Assembly (NCBI GenBank): GCA_040766745.1
Contig: JAXGPX010000008.1
Coordinates: 11,813 to 75,812, forward strand
Length of the DNA: 64,000 nt
Source: Bacillota bacterium
Lineage (GTDB): Bacteria > Bacillota > Sulfobacillia > Fermentithermobacillales > Fermentithermobacillaceae
Direction: 5' to 3'
The notes under the pieces were generated by a model that did not search any database, was not told the DNA's origin, and saw only the letters and a list, made by a program, of their open reading frames with translations. The position numbers were made by a program, and so were the translations under genes. Of this stretch, positions 39,768 through 48,520 are shown piece after piece (position 1 is the stretch's first letter; every line of letters begins with the position of its first letter).

Positions 39768-40841
39768 ATGGACGAAAGACTCAGGCTTTTGAAGGAGATA
39801 TCGGAGGTTCCCGGGGTGCCTGGTTTCGAGGATGAGGTCAGAGGGTTCATCCGGGAGCGCATGGCTGGGTTGGCAGAGGTCAGCCGGGACAATCTTGGCA
39901 GCGTGATATGCAAGAAAACTGGGTCCTCAGCTGAGCCAAAGATTATGATGGCAGGCCACATGGACGAGATCGGAATGATGGTAACTTACATAACCAAAGA
40001 AGGATTCCTTAAGTTTCAGACGTTGGGTGGTTGGTGGGAGCAGGTTATGCTGGCTCAGCGGGTGGTCGTCAAGACATCTGCAGGCAACGTTCCGGGGCTG
40101 ATTGGCTCAAAGCCTCCGCATATTCTCAAGTCTGAAGAAAGGAACAAGGTTACTCAGAAGGACCAGATGTTCATTGATATCGGCGCGTCGAGCAAAGAAG
40201 ATGCTGAGGGCATGGGAGTCATGCCGGGAGACCCGATAGTGCCGGTGTCGCCGTTCATTCAGATGAAGAATCCTAAGTACCTGGTAGGCAAGGCATGGGA
40301 CAACCGGATAGGATGTGCCATCTTCATGGAGGCCATAAAGGAATTGGCTGGAGTGGAGCATCCGAACACTGTCTATGGAGTTGGCACCGTCCAGGAAGAG
40401 GTAGGACTCAGGGGTGCAACCACCAGCGTGGCAGCGGTTGAGCCTGATATCGGGTTTGCCCTCGAGGTTGATATTGCCGGAGATACACCTGGGATACAGG
40501 AGTTCGAGGCACAGTCAAAGTTAGGCAAAGGCCCAAGCATCCTGCTTTATGACAGCTCCATGGTTCCCCATAGGAAACTAAGGGATTTTGTCGTGAATAC
40601 AGCTCGAGAAGCGAACATCCCGATCCAGTTCAACTCCATGTCAGGCGGTGGCACTGATGCAGGGCGTATTCATCTCCACAAGACAGGTGTTCCAAGCCTT
40701 GTGATTTGCGTTCCGGCACGGTATATCCACAGCCATGCAGGCATTATACACAAGGATGATTTTGATGCGGCGGTTTCCCTCATGGTTGAACTGGTAAAGA
40801 GGTTTGATGCAAAGGCAGTAGAGGAGATTAAGGGAGATTAG
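39768..40841 (+). CDS. M42-family aminopeptidase (FrvX/glutamyl aminopeptidase-like)
   Basis: N-terminal LLKEISEVPGVPGFEDEVR and metal-binding HMDEIG motifs. Confidence 0.75.
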   Translation: MDERLRLLKEISEVPGVPGFEDEVRGFIRERMAGLAEVSRDNLGSVICKKTGSSAEPKIMMAGHMDEIGMMVTYITKEGFLKFQTLGGWWEQVMLAQRVVVKTSAGNVPGLIGSKPPHILKSEERNKVTQKDQMFIDIGASSKEDAEGMGVMPGDPIVPVSPFIQMKNPKYLVGKAWDNRIGCAIFMEAIKELAGVEHPNTVYGVGTVQEEVGLRGATTSVAAVEPDIGFALEVDIAGDTPGIQEFEAQSKLGKGPSILLYDSSMVPHRKLRDFVVNTAREANIPIQFNSMSGGGTDAGRIHLHKTGVPSLVICVPARYIHSHAGIIHKDDFDAAVSLMVELVKRFDAKAVEEIKGD

Positions 40842-40990
40842 GAGAGATTGGGGGAGATGCTGTTATTAGTGAACAGCACGAGGGTCATTGAGATTCCATC
40901 CTGGCCATTATGCTGGAACTGACGCTTTAGAACAGTGGAAGGAATGATACAAAAGCGCAGAATAGTCATTGCGGCAAATATGCGATGATA

Positions 40991-41021
40991 CCAAGCCACC
41001 ATAAGAATAGCGGTGGCTTGG
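40991..41021. terminator. Bidirectional terminator-like hairpin between convergent genes
   Basis: Perfect 10-bp stem CCAAGCCACC/GGTGGCTTGG with an 11-nt loop, between the M42 gene (+) and AbiEii (-); only partial U-tracts. Confidence 0.45.
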
Positions 41022-41155
41022 TATTAAGTGGACTCTGTATGATGTTGAAAAGTGAGATTAGTTCCAATTGGGAGAACAATGCCAAGTATACGTCATTGAA
41101 AGCGACACTTGACACGGACGGTTTTAGTGCGACTAGGAACTCAATCAAATAAGGA

Positions 41156-42049
41156 TTATCTCCACATAAGTTTTGCCGCCGACCATTCTCCAAAGAACTC
41201 AGTTTCATCGGTTACAGCAATCCAAATAGGTGACAGGAACTCGTCAACTATTCGTAGGACTTCAGTAAATGTTAGGCTAGGCAGTTTCAGCCGTTTCAGG
41301 AATTGCTGCCATTTATCCTGCATATCGTGATTTTTTCCAAGAGATACAATTGTCTTTATGCTGTCTTTTCCGTAATTTGTGCCTCGATTCTGCAGGGTTT
41401 GAAAAATGGCTTCTTGTAGCTTTCGGCCATCAAAGTCAAAAGTACGGGCCAGAAAGTAGATATCATAAAAGTCTTTCATCCGGCTAGTGAGTTCCATACG
41501 CTGCAGAATAGCATCAAGTTTCTCTGCGACAGTGCTCTCCAGAGAATATGTATTGATCTTTGGGGCTATGAATCCCGTAAGCTGCACGGGGATCGTCCGC
41601 TTTTCCGCCTTAGGTACGATTACATCCCCTACGCATATGTCTACCTTGAATGGTGTGCGTGTATTCTTGATTCGTCCGATGAGTTTGAAGCTCACACCGT
41701 TGTATTTATGCTGGAGAGCAATGTTTTCATAACCTTTGGTTTCAAAGGCTATGAAGTTGTTCCCGGTATCTACGGCCAGAATTCTATCGATAATCCCCTG
41801 TATCTGTTGTAGGCTATTCGGTAAACGACGCATGTGAAAGTCAACATCAATGGTTGAGCGACTCTCAAAATTTGTTAACATGTAGATGAAGAGACCGCCT
41901 TTAAGGATAAGGTTGTCGGCAAAATCTGACATGGACACCCGGCGAAGGAACTCTTCCTGACACAATAACTGCAAGTACAGTTGCAGTGGTTTACCAGTTG
42001 CCTTTGACTTGTTCTTCAGTCTTGCAATAACGGATGCCCCCATGTCCAT
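41156..42049 (-). CDS. abiEii: AbiEii/AbiGii-family nucleotidyltransferase toxin (type IV TA)
   Basis: About 297 aa, DUF1814-like. The start codon abuts the AbiEi stop (TAAATG). Confidence 0.7.
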   Translation of the reverse strand: MDMGASVIARLKNKSKATGKPLQLYLQLLCQEEFLRRVSMSDFADNLILKGGLFIYMLTNFESRSTIDVDFHMRRLPNSLQQIQGIIDRILAVDTGNNFIAFETKGYENIALQHKYNGVSFKLIGRIKNTRTPFKVDICVGDVIVPKAEKRTIPVQLTGFIAPKINTYSLESTVAEKLDAILQRMELTSRMKDFYDIYFLARTFDFDGRKLQEAIFQTLQNRGTNYGKDSIKTIVSLGKNHDMQDKWQQFLKRLKLPSLTFTEVLRIVDEFLSPIWIAVTDETEFFGEWSAAKLMWR

Positions 42050-42655
42050 TTACAGCCATACTCCAATCCGTTCTTTGACCTTCCTATTCACCCTCCGGAG
42101 CTTAGCGTATTTTAGCAGATCGGGGATACACTTGTTTCTATCCCTTATGTAGTTCAGTATTGCCTTGTTGAAGGTTTCCCTGTCCATCTTACTCTCGTAT
42201 CTTAGACATTCGCAGATTAGCCGGTCACGGTCGAAAATCATTATTGTGCAGTCACCATAGTCGGCTTCAGTGATGCCAAATTCAAGTTGTGAAGGCTCTA
42301 GATAATAGGGCTGTATATTGGGGTAGTCTAGGTTAAAACGGGCTTTTGAGGTATCTTTATCTACGGCCAGATCCCAGGCAAGAGGGGTACGATCGCTGTA
42401 GCCATAATAGAAAAGCGCTGAGTACATGCAAAGAACTCCGTCAGGGAAAAGCTGCGCGATCATGGCAGCTTCGCTGGTATCGTTTGCTTGTTCTGCAAGG
42501 CGATAGTAGCCGTGTCTAATCTTTTCGAGCATTCCGTTTTTCAGCAGCATCTGTATTCTGGAATAGCCAATATTTAGCGCCGAAAGCTCCGCGGTTCTTA
42601 TAATACCATTATTAGATTCTGCAATCTGTTTTATCGTGTCTGCCTGCCTCATCAT
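42050..42655 (-). CDS. abiEi: AbiEi-family antitoxin/transcriptional regulator
   Basis: About 200 aa with an N-terminal winged-HTH-like region (IIRTAELSALNIGYSRIQMLLKNGMLEKIRHGYYRL); paired with the AbiEii gene. Confidence 0.65.
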   Translation of the reverse strand: MMRQADTIKQIAESNNGIIRTAELSALNIGYSRIQMLLKNGMLEKIRHGYYRLAEQANDTSEAAMIAQLFPDGVLCMYSALFYYGYSDRTPLAWDLAVDKDTSKARFNLDYPNIQPYYLEPSQLEFGITEADYGDCTIMIFDRDRLICECLRYESKMDRETFNKAILNYIRDRNKCIPDLLKYAKLRRVNRKVKERIGVWL

Positions 42656-42733
42656 TCCACCACTTTTCTACCGCTCTGAGACCAAAAGAGCGGAGATTTA
42701 CTAGCCCCATTGTACGGAGTTTTATGGAAAAGT

Positions 42734-42778
42734 CAACTTAATTTCCGCTACAAAGCGTTTGAAGCGGAAGTTAAGTTG
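42734..42778. promoter_or_regulatory. 16-bp inverted repeat (CAACTTAATTTCCGCT-N13-AGCGGAAGTTAAGTTG) upstream of abiEi; candidate autoregulatory operator
   Basis: 15 of 16 arm positions match; about 80-120 bp upstream of the abiEi start. AbiEi antitoxins are known to autoregulate through inverted repeats. Confidence 0.45.
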
Positions 42779-43099
42779 CGTCTCATGCTGTTCTCCGTTC
42801 TTTATCTGCCCTTGAGGAGTGGGTGAGGGACAATTGCCAGGGTAACCTGAGTAGGTGTGGACGCGGTCGGGCTTGATGTGGATTCATACAGGATACTCCC
42901 TCTTCAGTCAGAGCATCCAGAACAGTGGTGCGATTTTTGTAAGACATAACAGGTTCGGATTCGAATTGGATTTTCAAAGGAGATGGAAGGTAACTTGGGG
43001 TTCAAAGCAGTAAAGCCTAGTATAGGGTCAAGACTATAGAGAGCAGAGATTACGATGGTCTGTTGCTCAACCAATCTAGGTAAGGGAGGAGTATGAGGA

Positions 43100-43555
43100 A
43101 TGTCGGCCGATCGCTACATAGTCAACGTTGAGGCTGCTATTTACAACGATGATAAATGGCTGGTTGTCAAAAGAAGTGAACTGGAAGAGCATGCTCCTGG
43201 TACCTTGGCATTGGTAGGCGGAAAAGTGGAAGTTGCTTCCGGGGGCGATGATGTTTTGGAAGATACTCTGAGGAGAGAAGTAAAGGAAGAAGTAGGTGTC
43301 GAGGTAGACGCTATGGACTATTTGGAGAGTAAGGCATTCATGACCAATGATGGCCAGATGGTGGTGGACATTGTCTTCTTGTGCAGATACAAGAGTGGAA
43401 AGTCCAGGTGTGTGGATAAAGACGAGGTTGCTGAAGTGCATTGGGTAACTGCAAGCGACATAGCGGGAAATCAGAAGGCTCCTAGTTATCTTAAGCAAAC
43501 TATTGCACGAGCAGAGGAGAAGAGACTGGCACGAAGAGCAGATGTTTGGAGGTAG
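43100..43555 (+). CDS. NUDIX hydrolase
   Basis: Nudix box GGKVEVASGGDDVLEDTLRREVKEEVGV (GX5EX7REUXEEXGU). Confidence 0.8.
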   Translation: MSADRYIVNVEAAIYNDDKWLVVKRSELEEHAPGTLALVGGKVEVASGGDDVLEDTLRREVKEEVGVEVDAMDYLESKAFMTNDGQMVVDIVFLCRYKSGKSRCVDKDEVAEVHWVTASDIAGNQKAPSYLKQTIARAEEKRLARRADVWR

Positions 43556-43621
43556 TAAAGTGAGGAACTCGCCCGACTACATAATTGAGAGTGCCTCGTC
43601 TGAAGGACTTTCTACCCCACC

Positions 43622-44101
43622 TCACACCCACATCTCAAATTCAAACTCATGCTTCAGCGGAATCCCATCAATGCCGGTCATGGGCATAGATGGCTTCAAC
43701 TCCCTGGATCTGTCCAGTGCATTGATATGTACCGCTGCCAAGGAGAATCCCTGCTTTTGATAGAATCGGATGGCCTGGGTGTTATCGTTGGTGGTGATTA
43801 GCCAGACCCGCCTGCACTGGGCTGCTCTGGCGGCGTCTACAACCGACCTGATTAGAGCCGAGCCAATGCCTCTGCCCCTGCCTTGGTCAAGTATGGTCAG
43901 GACGGTGATTTCACATTGGCTGGCGGTTATCATGTATGTAATGAAGCCCAGGATGTCTCCGTCCTCAACCAAGACAAAGCCCGGGTTTGTGGAAGTATCG
44001 ATGGCCTTACCTCTGGTGACGATAACAGGCCCCATCCACTGTTCTTCGATAATCCGGTCAACGGTAGCCCTGGAGGTTGAGTCAATTTCCCGGATATTCA
44101 T
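43622..44101 (-). CDS. GNAT-family N-acetyltransferase
   Basis: QGRGRGIGSALI acetyl-CoA binding motif; 159 aa. Confidence 0.75.
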   Translation of the reverse strand: MNIREIDSTSRATVDRIIEEQWMGPVIVTRGKAIDTSTNPGFVLVEDGDILGFITYMITASQCEITVLTILDQGRGRGIGSALIRSVVDAARAAQCRRVWLITTNDNTQAIRFYQKQGFSLAAVHINALDRSRELKPSMPMTGIDGIPLKHEFEFEMWV

Positions 44102-44340
44102 GTCATTTTCACCTCGTTCACGACCTTTGGCGGTTCAGTTGACAGCAGTTTGGGTGATTGAGTCAGATTTACGGATATTCAATATCATTTCGACCTTGTT
44201 TATGACTTTTGGCGGTCCAGTTGACAGCAGTTTGGGTGATTGAGTTGATTTATTGGATATGCATGTGATTCCCACCTTCATCCATGAATTTCGGATAATC
44301 CGGTCAACTGCCACACGGCAGGCTGAGTAGATTTCACCGA
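44102..44340. repeat. Two to three degenerate tandem duplications of the GNAT gene 5' end plus its upstream region (about 80-bp unit)
   Basis: Minus-strand ATGAATATCCGGGAAATTGACTCAACC... recurs as ATGATATTGAATATCCGTAAATCTGACTCAATCACC..., then a third more diverged copy that still encodes ...VDRIIRNSWMK. Confidence 0.6.
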
Positions 44341-44399
44341 CAATAATATCACCTTCGCCCTTGGCCGTATTTATATTTGAGGTTTGGCCATGGGGCGAT

Positions 44400-44850
44400 T
44401 GGTATCGAGGGGACTGGCGCGAAAGCGGATGGGTTTGAGGCAAAACCGGTGCGGAACCGGATGGGTTTGGATGGAAAGTGGTGCGAAATCGGAGGGGTTC
44501 TGAGTTGGGGTAGTCTGAATCAGGCGGATCGGTGTGAAAACGGACGAGTTTGAGGGAAAACCAGTGTGGAATCGGAGCGGTTTGACGCAAGAGTGGTCCG
44601 ATTTCGGTGGGAGATTGTGCCAGGGCCGTACGTCCCCGGTCGCCGTGGTGCGAAGCCGGAAAGGTTTGGGTTGACCGGAAAGGTTTGGGTTGAACCGGGG
44701 GGGTTGGCTAGATTGGATTTAGAGGGGAAGAAGGTAGTTGCGACAAGGCAAGCGGAACCGGCCGGGCTTGGGTGGAACCGCAAGGCTTGGGTGGAACCAA
44801 AGGGTTTGGCTGGAACCTGACGTACTTTGGCTGAGGGCAATTCTCTCTCC
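44400..44850. repeat. Degenerate G-rich minisatellite (units of about 16-30 bp built from GGAACCG...GGTTTGGG)
   Basis: Recurring blocks GCGGAACCGGATGGGTTTGG, CCGGAAAGGTTTGGGTTGA x2, GGTGGAACCGCAAGGCTTGGGTGGAACC. The ORFs through this region are low-complexity artefacts. Confidence 0.6.
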
Positions 44851-44941
44851 CTGAAGGAAATGCTCATTGTCTGTCGAAGCCTTATTACTGCAATTTCACA
44901 GCGCAGATGTGGTTCGCGGCTCTAGGGACGGAGGTCTTCAT

Positions 44942-45682
44942 GTGGTCCAAAGCAAGGGTTTGAGCGGCAGCACTTTGAAGATTATTGCTGTAATATCAAT
45001 GCTTATAGACCATACCTTTTATGCTATTTTCGACAAAGTGTATATAGGCAGGAGACTTCCTATGCCCGGGCTCTACTTTCAAGATGGTTGCCTGAACTAC
45101 CAACATTGGATATTCGGATTGGAAAGGCTGATGAGAAGCACAATAGGGCGGATAGCGTTTCCGATATTCTGTTTTCTGCTTGTACAGGGATTTATCCATA
45201 CATCAAGCAAGAGCAAATACAAGATCAGGCTGCTCACTTCTGCACTCCTGTCAGAAATACCGTTTAACCTAGCATTTCGAGATAGGTTCGCTTTTGGCGC
45301 GTCAAATGTGTTTTTCACGCTATGGCTTGGTCTTTTGTCATTGGAAATGATACAGAAAGACTGGCATCCGGTGTTTCGGGGCCTGGCAGTGGGTGGCATA
45401 GCGCTTCTGGCCAACGCTCTAGGCTGTGATTACGGAGCATCAGGGGTTTTGCTGATAGTCATGCTCTACTTTGCAAAAGACGACAAGGTTATGACGGTCT
45501 TGGTAGGCCTCTTTGCCATTTTTGCACTCCCAGCGATTAGTGCGATGAGCATGTTGGCGTACATACCGATATACTTCTACAATGGAAAAAGAGGTTTGAC
45601 GTTGAAATATGTGTTCTACGCCTTTTACCCGGTGCATTTGCTAATCCTGTATTTTGTGAGATGCGCGATGGTGAGAGGTTAA
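44942..45682 (+). CDS. TraX-family protein
   Basis: LKIIAVISMLIDHTFYA N-terminal TraX signature; polytopic membrane protein. GTG start after a GGAGGT Shine-Dalgarno is preferred over the track TTG at 44867. Confidence 0.55.
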   Translation: MVQSKGLSGSTLKIIAVISMLIDHTFYAIFDKVYIGRRLPMPGLYFQDGCLNYQHWIFGLERLMRSTIGRIAFPIFCFLLVQGFIHTSSKSKYKIRLLTSALLSEIPFNLAFRDRFAFGASNVFFTLWLGLLSLEMIQKDWHPVFRGLAVGGIALLANALGCDYGASGVLLIVMLYFAKDDKVMTVLVGLFAIFALPAISAMSMLAYIPIYFYNGKRGLTLKYVFYAFYPVHLLILYFVRCAMVRG

Positions 45683-45754
45683 GTGGTAAAAAGGGGCTTT
45701 CGAGTTGAATTGATGAGTCGTTGGGTCAGCGCTCCCATGATTTCCGCACTACTA

Positions 45755-46375
45755 TCACTTTCGCTTGAGGTAGAACACAGCCAATTGTGTGCGGTCGCGC
45801 AGGTTCAGTTTCTCCAGAATGACGCTCAGGTAGTTGCGCACTGTGCCTTCGCTCAGGTATAAGGCTTCGGCAATTTCCCGGTTGCTCAGCCCTTTTGCCA
45901 CAAGTTCAATGATTCTCTGTTCTCTCTGGTTGATTCCGAACTCAGCAAGGTCTGCTTGTCCGCCGCCTCTCAGCAGCTTGGGCAGTTTAGTGACAATAGC
46001 ATCGCCGAACACGTTTTGCCCCGTGTGCACCGCTTTCAGGGCAGGGATGATGCTCTCAAAGTCCTGCTTCAGAATATATCCTTTTGCGCCCAGCCTGAGG
46101 GCTTGCACAATATACTCATCATCCAGGAACGTGGTCAGAAATAGAATTCGCGCATCGGGAAATTGGCTGAGGAGGCGCTCGCAGGCCTCGAGGCCTGTCA
46201 TCTTGTCCATCCGGATATCCATGAGCAATACATCGGGCTCAAGCTGTGTGAACAATTCCACTGCCTCGCGACCGTCATGGCCCATTCCGACGACCTCGAT
46301 GCCGTCGCTTGTTTGCAGAATGGTCTTGAGCGATTGGCAGACCAGTGGGTCATCGTCGACTACAAGAACTCTCAT
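45755..46375 (-). CDS. Response regulator, NarL/LuxR family (DesR/YvfU-like)
   Basis: REC domain (VVDDDPLV, phospho-acceptor Asp in LLMDIRM) plus C-terminal LuxR HTH (LSNREIAEALYLSEGTVRNY). Confidence 0.85.
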   Translation of the reverse strand: MRVLVVDDDPLVCQSLKTILQTSDGIEVVGMGHDGREAVELFTQLEPDVLLMDIRMDKMTGLEACERLLSQFPDARILFLTTFLDDEYIVQALRLGAKGYILKQDFESIIPALKAVHTGQNVFGDAIVTKLPKLLRGGGQADLAEFGINQREQRIIELVAKGLSNREIAEALYLSEGTVRNYLSVILEKLNLRDRTQLAVFYLKRK

Positions 46376-46464
46376 GCAGGAACCTCCTCTATTTATTGCC
46401 GGCTACAAGGACGCATCCGGAGTTGCCTCGTTACGGCAATTTAGATGAAGCTCACCGGATTTCC

Positions 46465-47949
46465 TTACCTCCCAGGTAGATTATAACTACTTTTGGGAAT
46501 CGAGATGAAGATCCTAAACCCTCCGCTTTGGTCGATTGTCAGCCGGCCGCCAAGGGCTTCTACCCGGTCAGCCATGCTGCGAAGGCCCAGGCCTTTTCCT
46601 GCTGCGCCTGCGGGTTGTGACGATACAGTTCGGTGAGGCGCGGGCGTTCCAGAGTGGCCCTTTTCTACCACGGTTGTGGACTGAGATGGTGCAGTTAGGC
46701 GAAGCGCTGGTTTCTCAAGAGGGCCCTTTCCTGACACACTTGTGGATTGCGATGGCACAATGATGCTGCTCAGCCCTTCCTTCTGATCAAACCCCGGTGC
46801 CGCAGAACGGCCTCTTCCCAACTGATCTACCTGATCTACCTGACCTACCTGGCTCCCCGCTTGAGTCCCATTATCCTGCAACACCAGCTGGTAGAGTGCC
46901 GGGTGTTCCAGGAGTGTAAGGGTAACCTGGGTTGCGTTTGAGTGGTGGATGATGTTGCTCAGCCCTTCCTTGATGACTGCCATAAAGCAGTAAGCGATGT
47001 CCTTCTCAGGCTCGCGGTCCAGCCTGTAGCCCAGACGAATGGGGCAGAAGGTGAACTCGCGTACCAGAGATTCAACTTTGGTACGGAGGTCCAGGGATTC
47101 ATCGTGCAAGTCGTGAACGCTTGCGCGTATCCTATCCATGGCTTGCGCCAGAGTGTCGCGAACAACTTCCAGGCTCTGCCGTTCTTCCTCATTGTCCTTC
47201 GTGACCATCAGCGCGCCTACCTGCAGAATCGACCGGGAGAGCAGGTGCCCTACGTGGTCGTGGATTTCCCGTGCGATGCGGGCGCGTTCGTTCAGTGTCG
47301 CCAGCCGGATCTCATAGTCTTGCTTTTCAATGAGTTCCTGGTTCTTCTGCCTAAGAAGCATGGACATTTCGTAGCCGCTATCGCGCAGCCGCTTGGCCTC
47401 GGTTTGACTTCGCTCTACTGTGGCTGTGTGCAGCGCCAATACGTAGGTAACAGCCATCAGGGCTGCGGCCATCACCCATGTATTAGGGAGGAGGTTTGTG
47501 AACGAGACAACCAATGAAACTGCGCCAGCAATGATCCACGCGCTCTTGCCGGTTGCATGGTACTGGGCCATAGCATCGTAGTATACCAGAGGCAGGAACA
47601 GGCAGAAGGCCGGCCAAACCATGCCTGCAATTGTATAGGATGCGATGCTGGCTATCATAAACATCTTTGACTTGCTGTAGCCGTTGAGTGCGCTGACTGT
47701 TGTTGCAGCCAGCATTGCCACGACGGCAGTAACGTCTTCGGCCTTACCTACCAGCAAGGCGGAACAGCAAGCCAAGATCAGGAGCCTATCCATAATTCCC
47801 TGCATAGCCATGTCTCCTCTGGCTGTAAATCCACCGTCGCGCTTCGGTGTGTTCAGTGCGCCGTCACCCTGCACAGACACATCTTCTCCGGCCACAAGTT
47901 TGCCGTTTGGAAACTTGTGCATGCACCTAACCTTGCCGTCGTCTTTCAC
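46465..47949 (-). CDS. Sensor histidine kinase (HisKA_3/DesK-YvfT-like) with 5-TM N-terminus and a roughly 80-aa low-complexity insertion in the ATP-binding domain
   Basis: H-box RIAREIHDHVGHLLS; DNG ... GLGLRSMADRVEALGG HATPase motifs separated by an inserted repeat region (QVGQVDQVDQ; SQSTSVSGKGPLEKPA / SQSTTVVEKGHSGTPA). Confidence 0.75.
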   Translation of the reverse strand: MKDDGKVRCMHKFPNGKLVAGEDVSVQGDGALNTPKRDGGFTARGDMAMQGIMDRLLILACCSALLVGKAEDVTAVVAMLAATTVSALNGYSKSKMFMIASIASYTIAGMVWPAFCLFLPLVYYDAMAQYHATGKSAWIIAGAVSLVVSFTNLLPNTWVMAAALMAVTYVLALHTATVERSQTEAKRLRDSGYEMSMLLRQKNQELIEKQDYEIRLATLNERARIAREIHDHVGHLLSRSILQVGALMVTKDNEEERQSLEVVRDTLAQAMDRIRASVHDLHDESLDLRTKVESLVREFTFCPIRLGYRLDREPEKDIAYCFMAVIKEGLSNIIHHSNATQVTLTLLEHPALYQLVLQDNGTQAGSQVGQVDQVDQLGRGRSAAPGFDQKEGLSSIIVPSQSTSVSGKGPLEKPALRLTAPSQSTTVVEKGHSGTPAPHRTVSSQPAGAAGKGLGLRSMADRVEALGGRLTIDQSGGFRIFISIPKSSYNLPGR

Positions 47950-48367
47950 ATTGCGGCTCTCCTCGGCAAAAGCCTACCATACCTGCTTGTATCCATCAAT
48001 TTCAAAGACCGCTTTTACTACCGAACAAAGAAGTTGCGTACCTTTTGGGCGGATTGCCAGAGTTCACCATAACTAGGGGCCTGTGCGGTTAACACATTAG
48101 CTGGAACCTTTCAACTGGCAATATGTTCTTTCGCAACTTCTGTAACCCTAGCTGGCGGATTGGTGGAGACTGGATCGGGGGAGGCTGTTCAACCAGCAGT
48201 ACGTTCCGCCGGCAACGGATCCAACCACAAATCCGCAAGCCTGGGTGGCGGATTGGGAGAAACCGTACAACCGGCAGTACATTCCGCCGGCAATCGGTAT
48301 GCCTGGTTTGCGGGTTGGCCTAGACTTGGCCCCACAGAAGCACCGTTTCGCCGCACCATGACACCTT

Positions 48368-48408
48368 CTTAAGGTGACAACTCCTAACGTGACAATTGTC
48401 ACCTTAAG
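48368..48408. promoter_or_regulatory. Nested palindrome CTTAAGGTGACAA-N15-TTGTCACCTTAAG containing GTGACAATTGTCAC; candidate operator in the divergent HK/ABC promoter region
   Basis: Perfect 13-bp inverted arms; half-site GTGACAA occurs three times; about 110 bp upstream of the ABC ATPase start; no U-tract. Confidence 0.45.
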
Positions 48409-48520
48409 ATCTGATTCCAGGCACTGCCAGTGTGACTCCTAGAGCCCGTAGAATAAAGTCAGGACAGTCAGAACTGAGCAATGAACTTAGGACAGCAGGG
48501 CTGAGCGAGGAGGAGTCGTC

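Noticed and set aside
44520-44867. 115-aa minus-strand ORF and 84-aa plus-strand ORF across the G-rich minisatellite
   Set aside because: Proline/glycine-rich low-complexity translations of a degenerate DNA repeat that overlap each other on opposite strands. Coding is unlikely.
48061-48076. 16-mer TTCACCATAACTAGGG shared between 48061 and 53291
   Set aside because: The expected number of chance 16-mer matches within a 64-kb window (both strands) is about 1, and the flanks do not extend the similarity.
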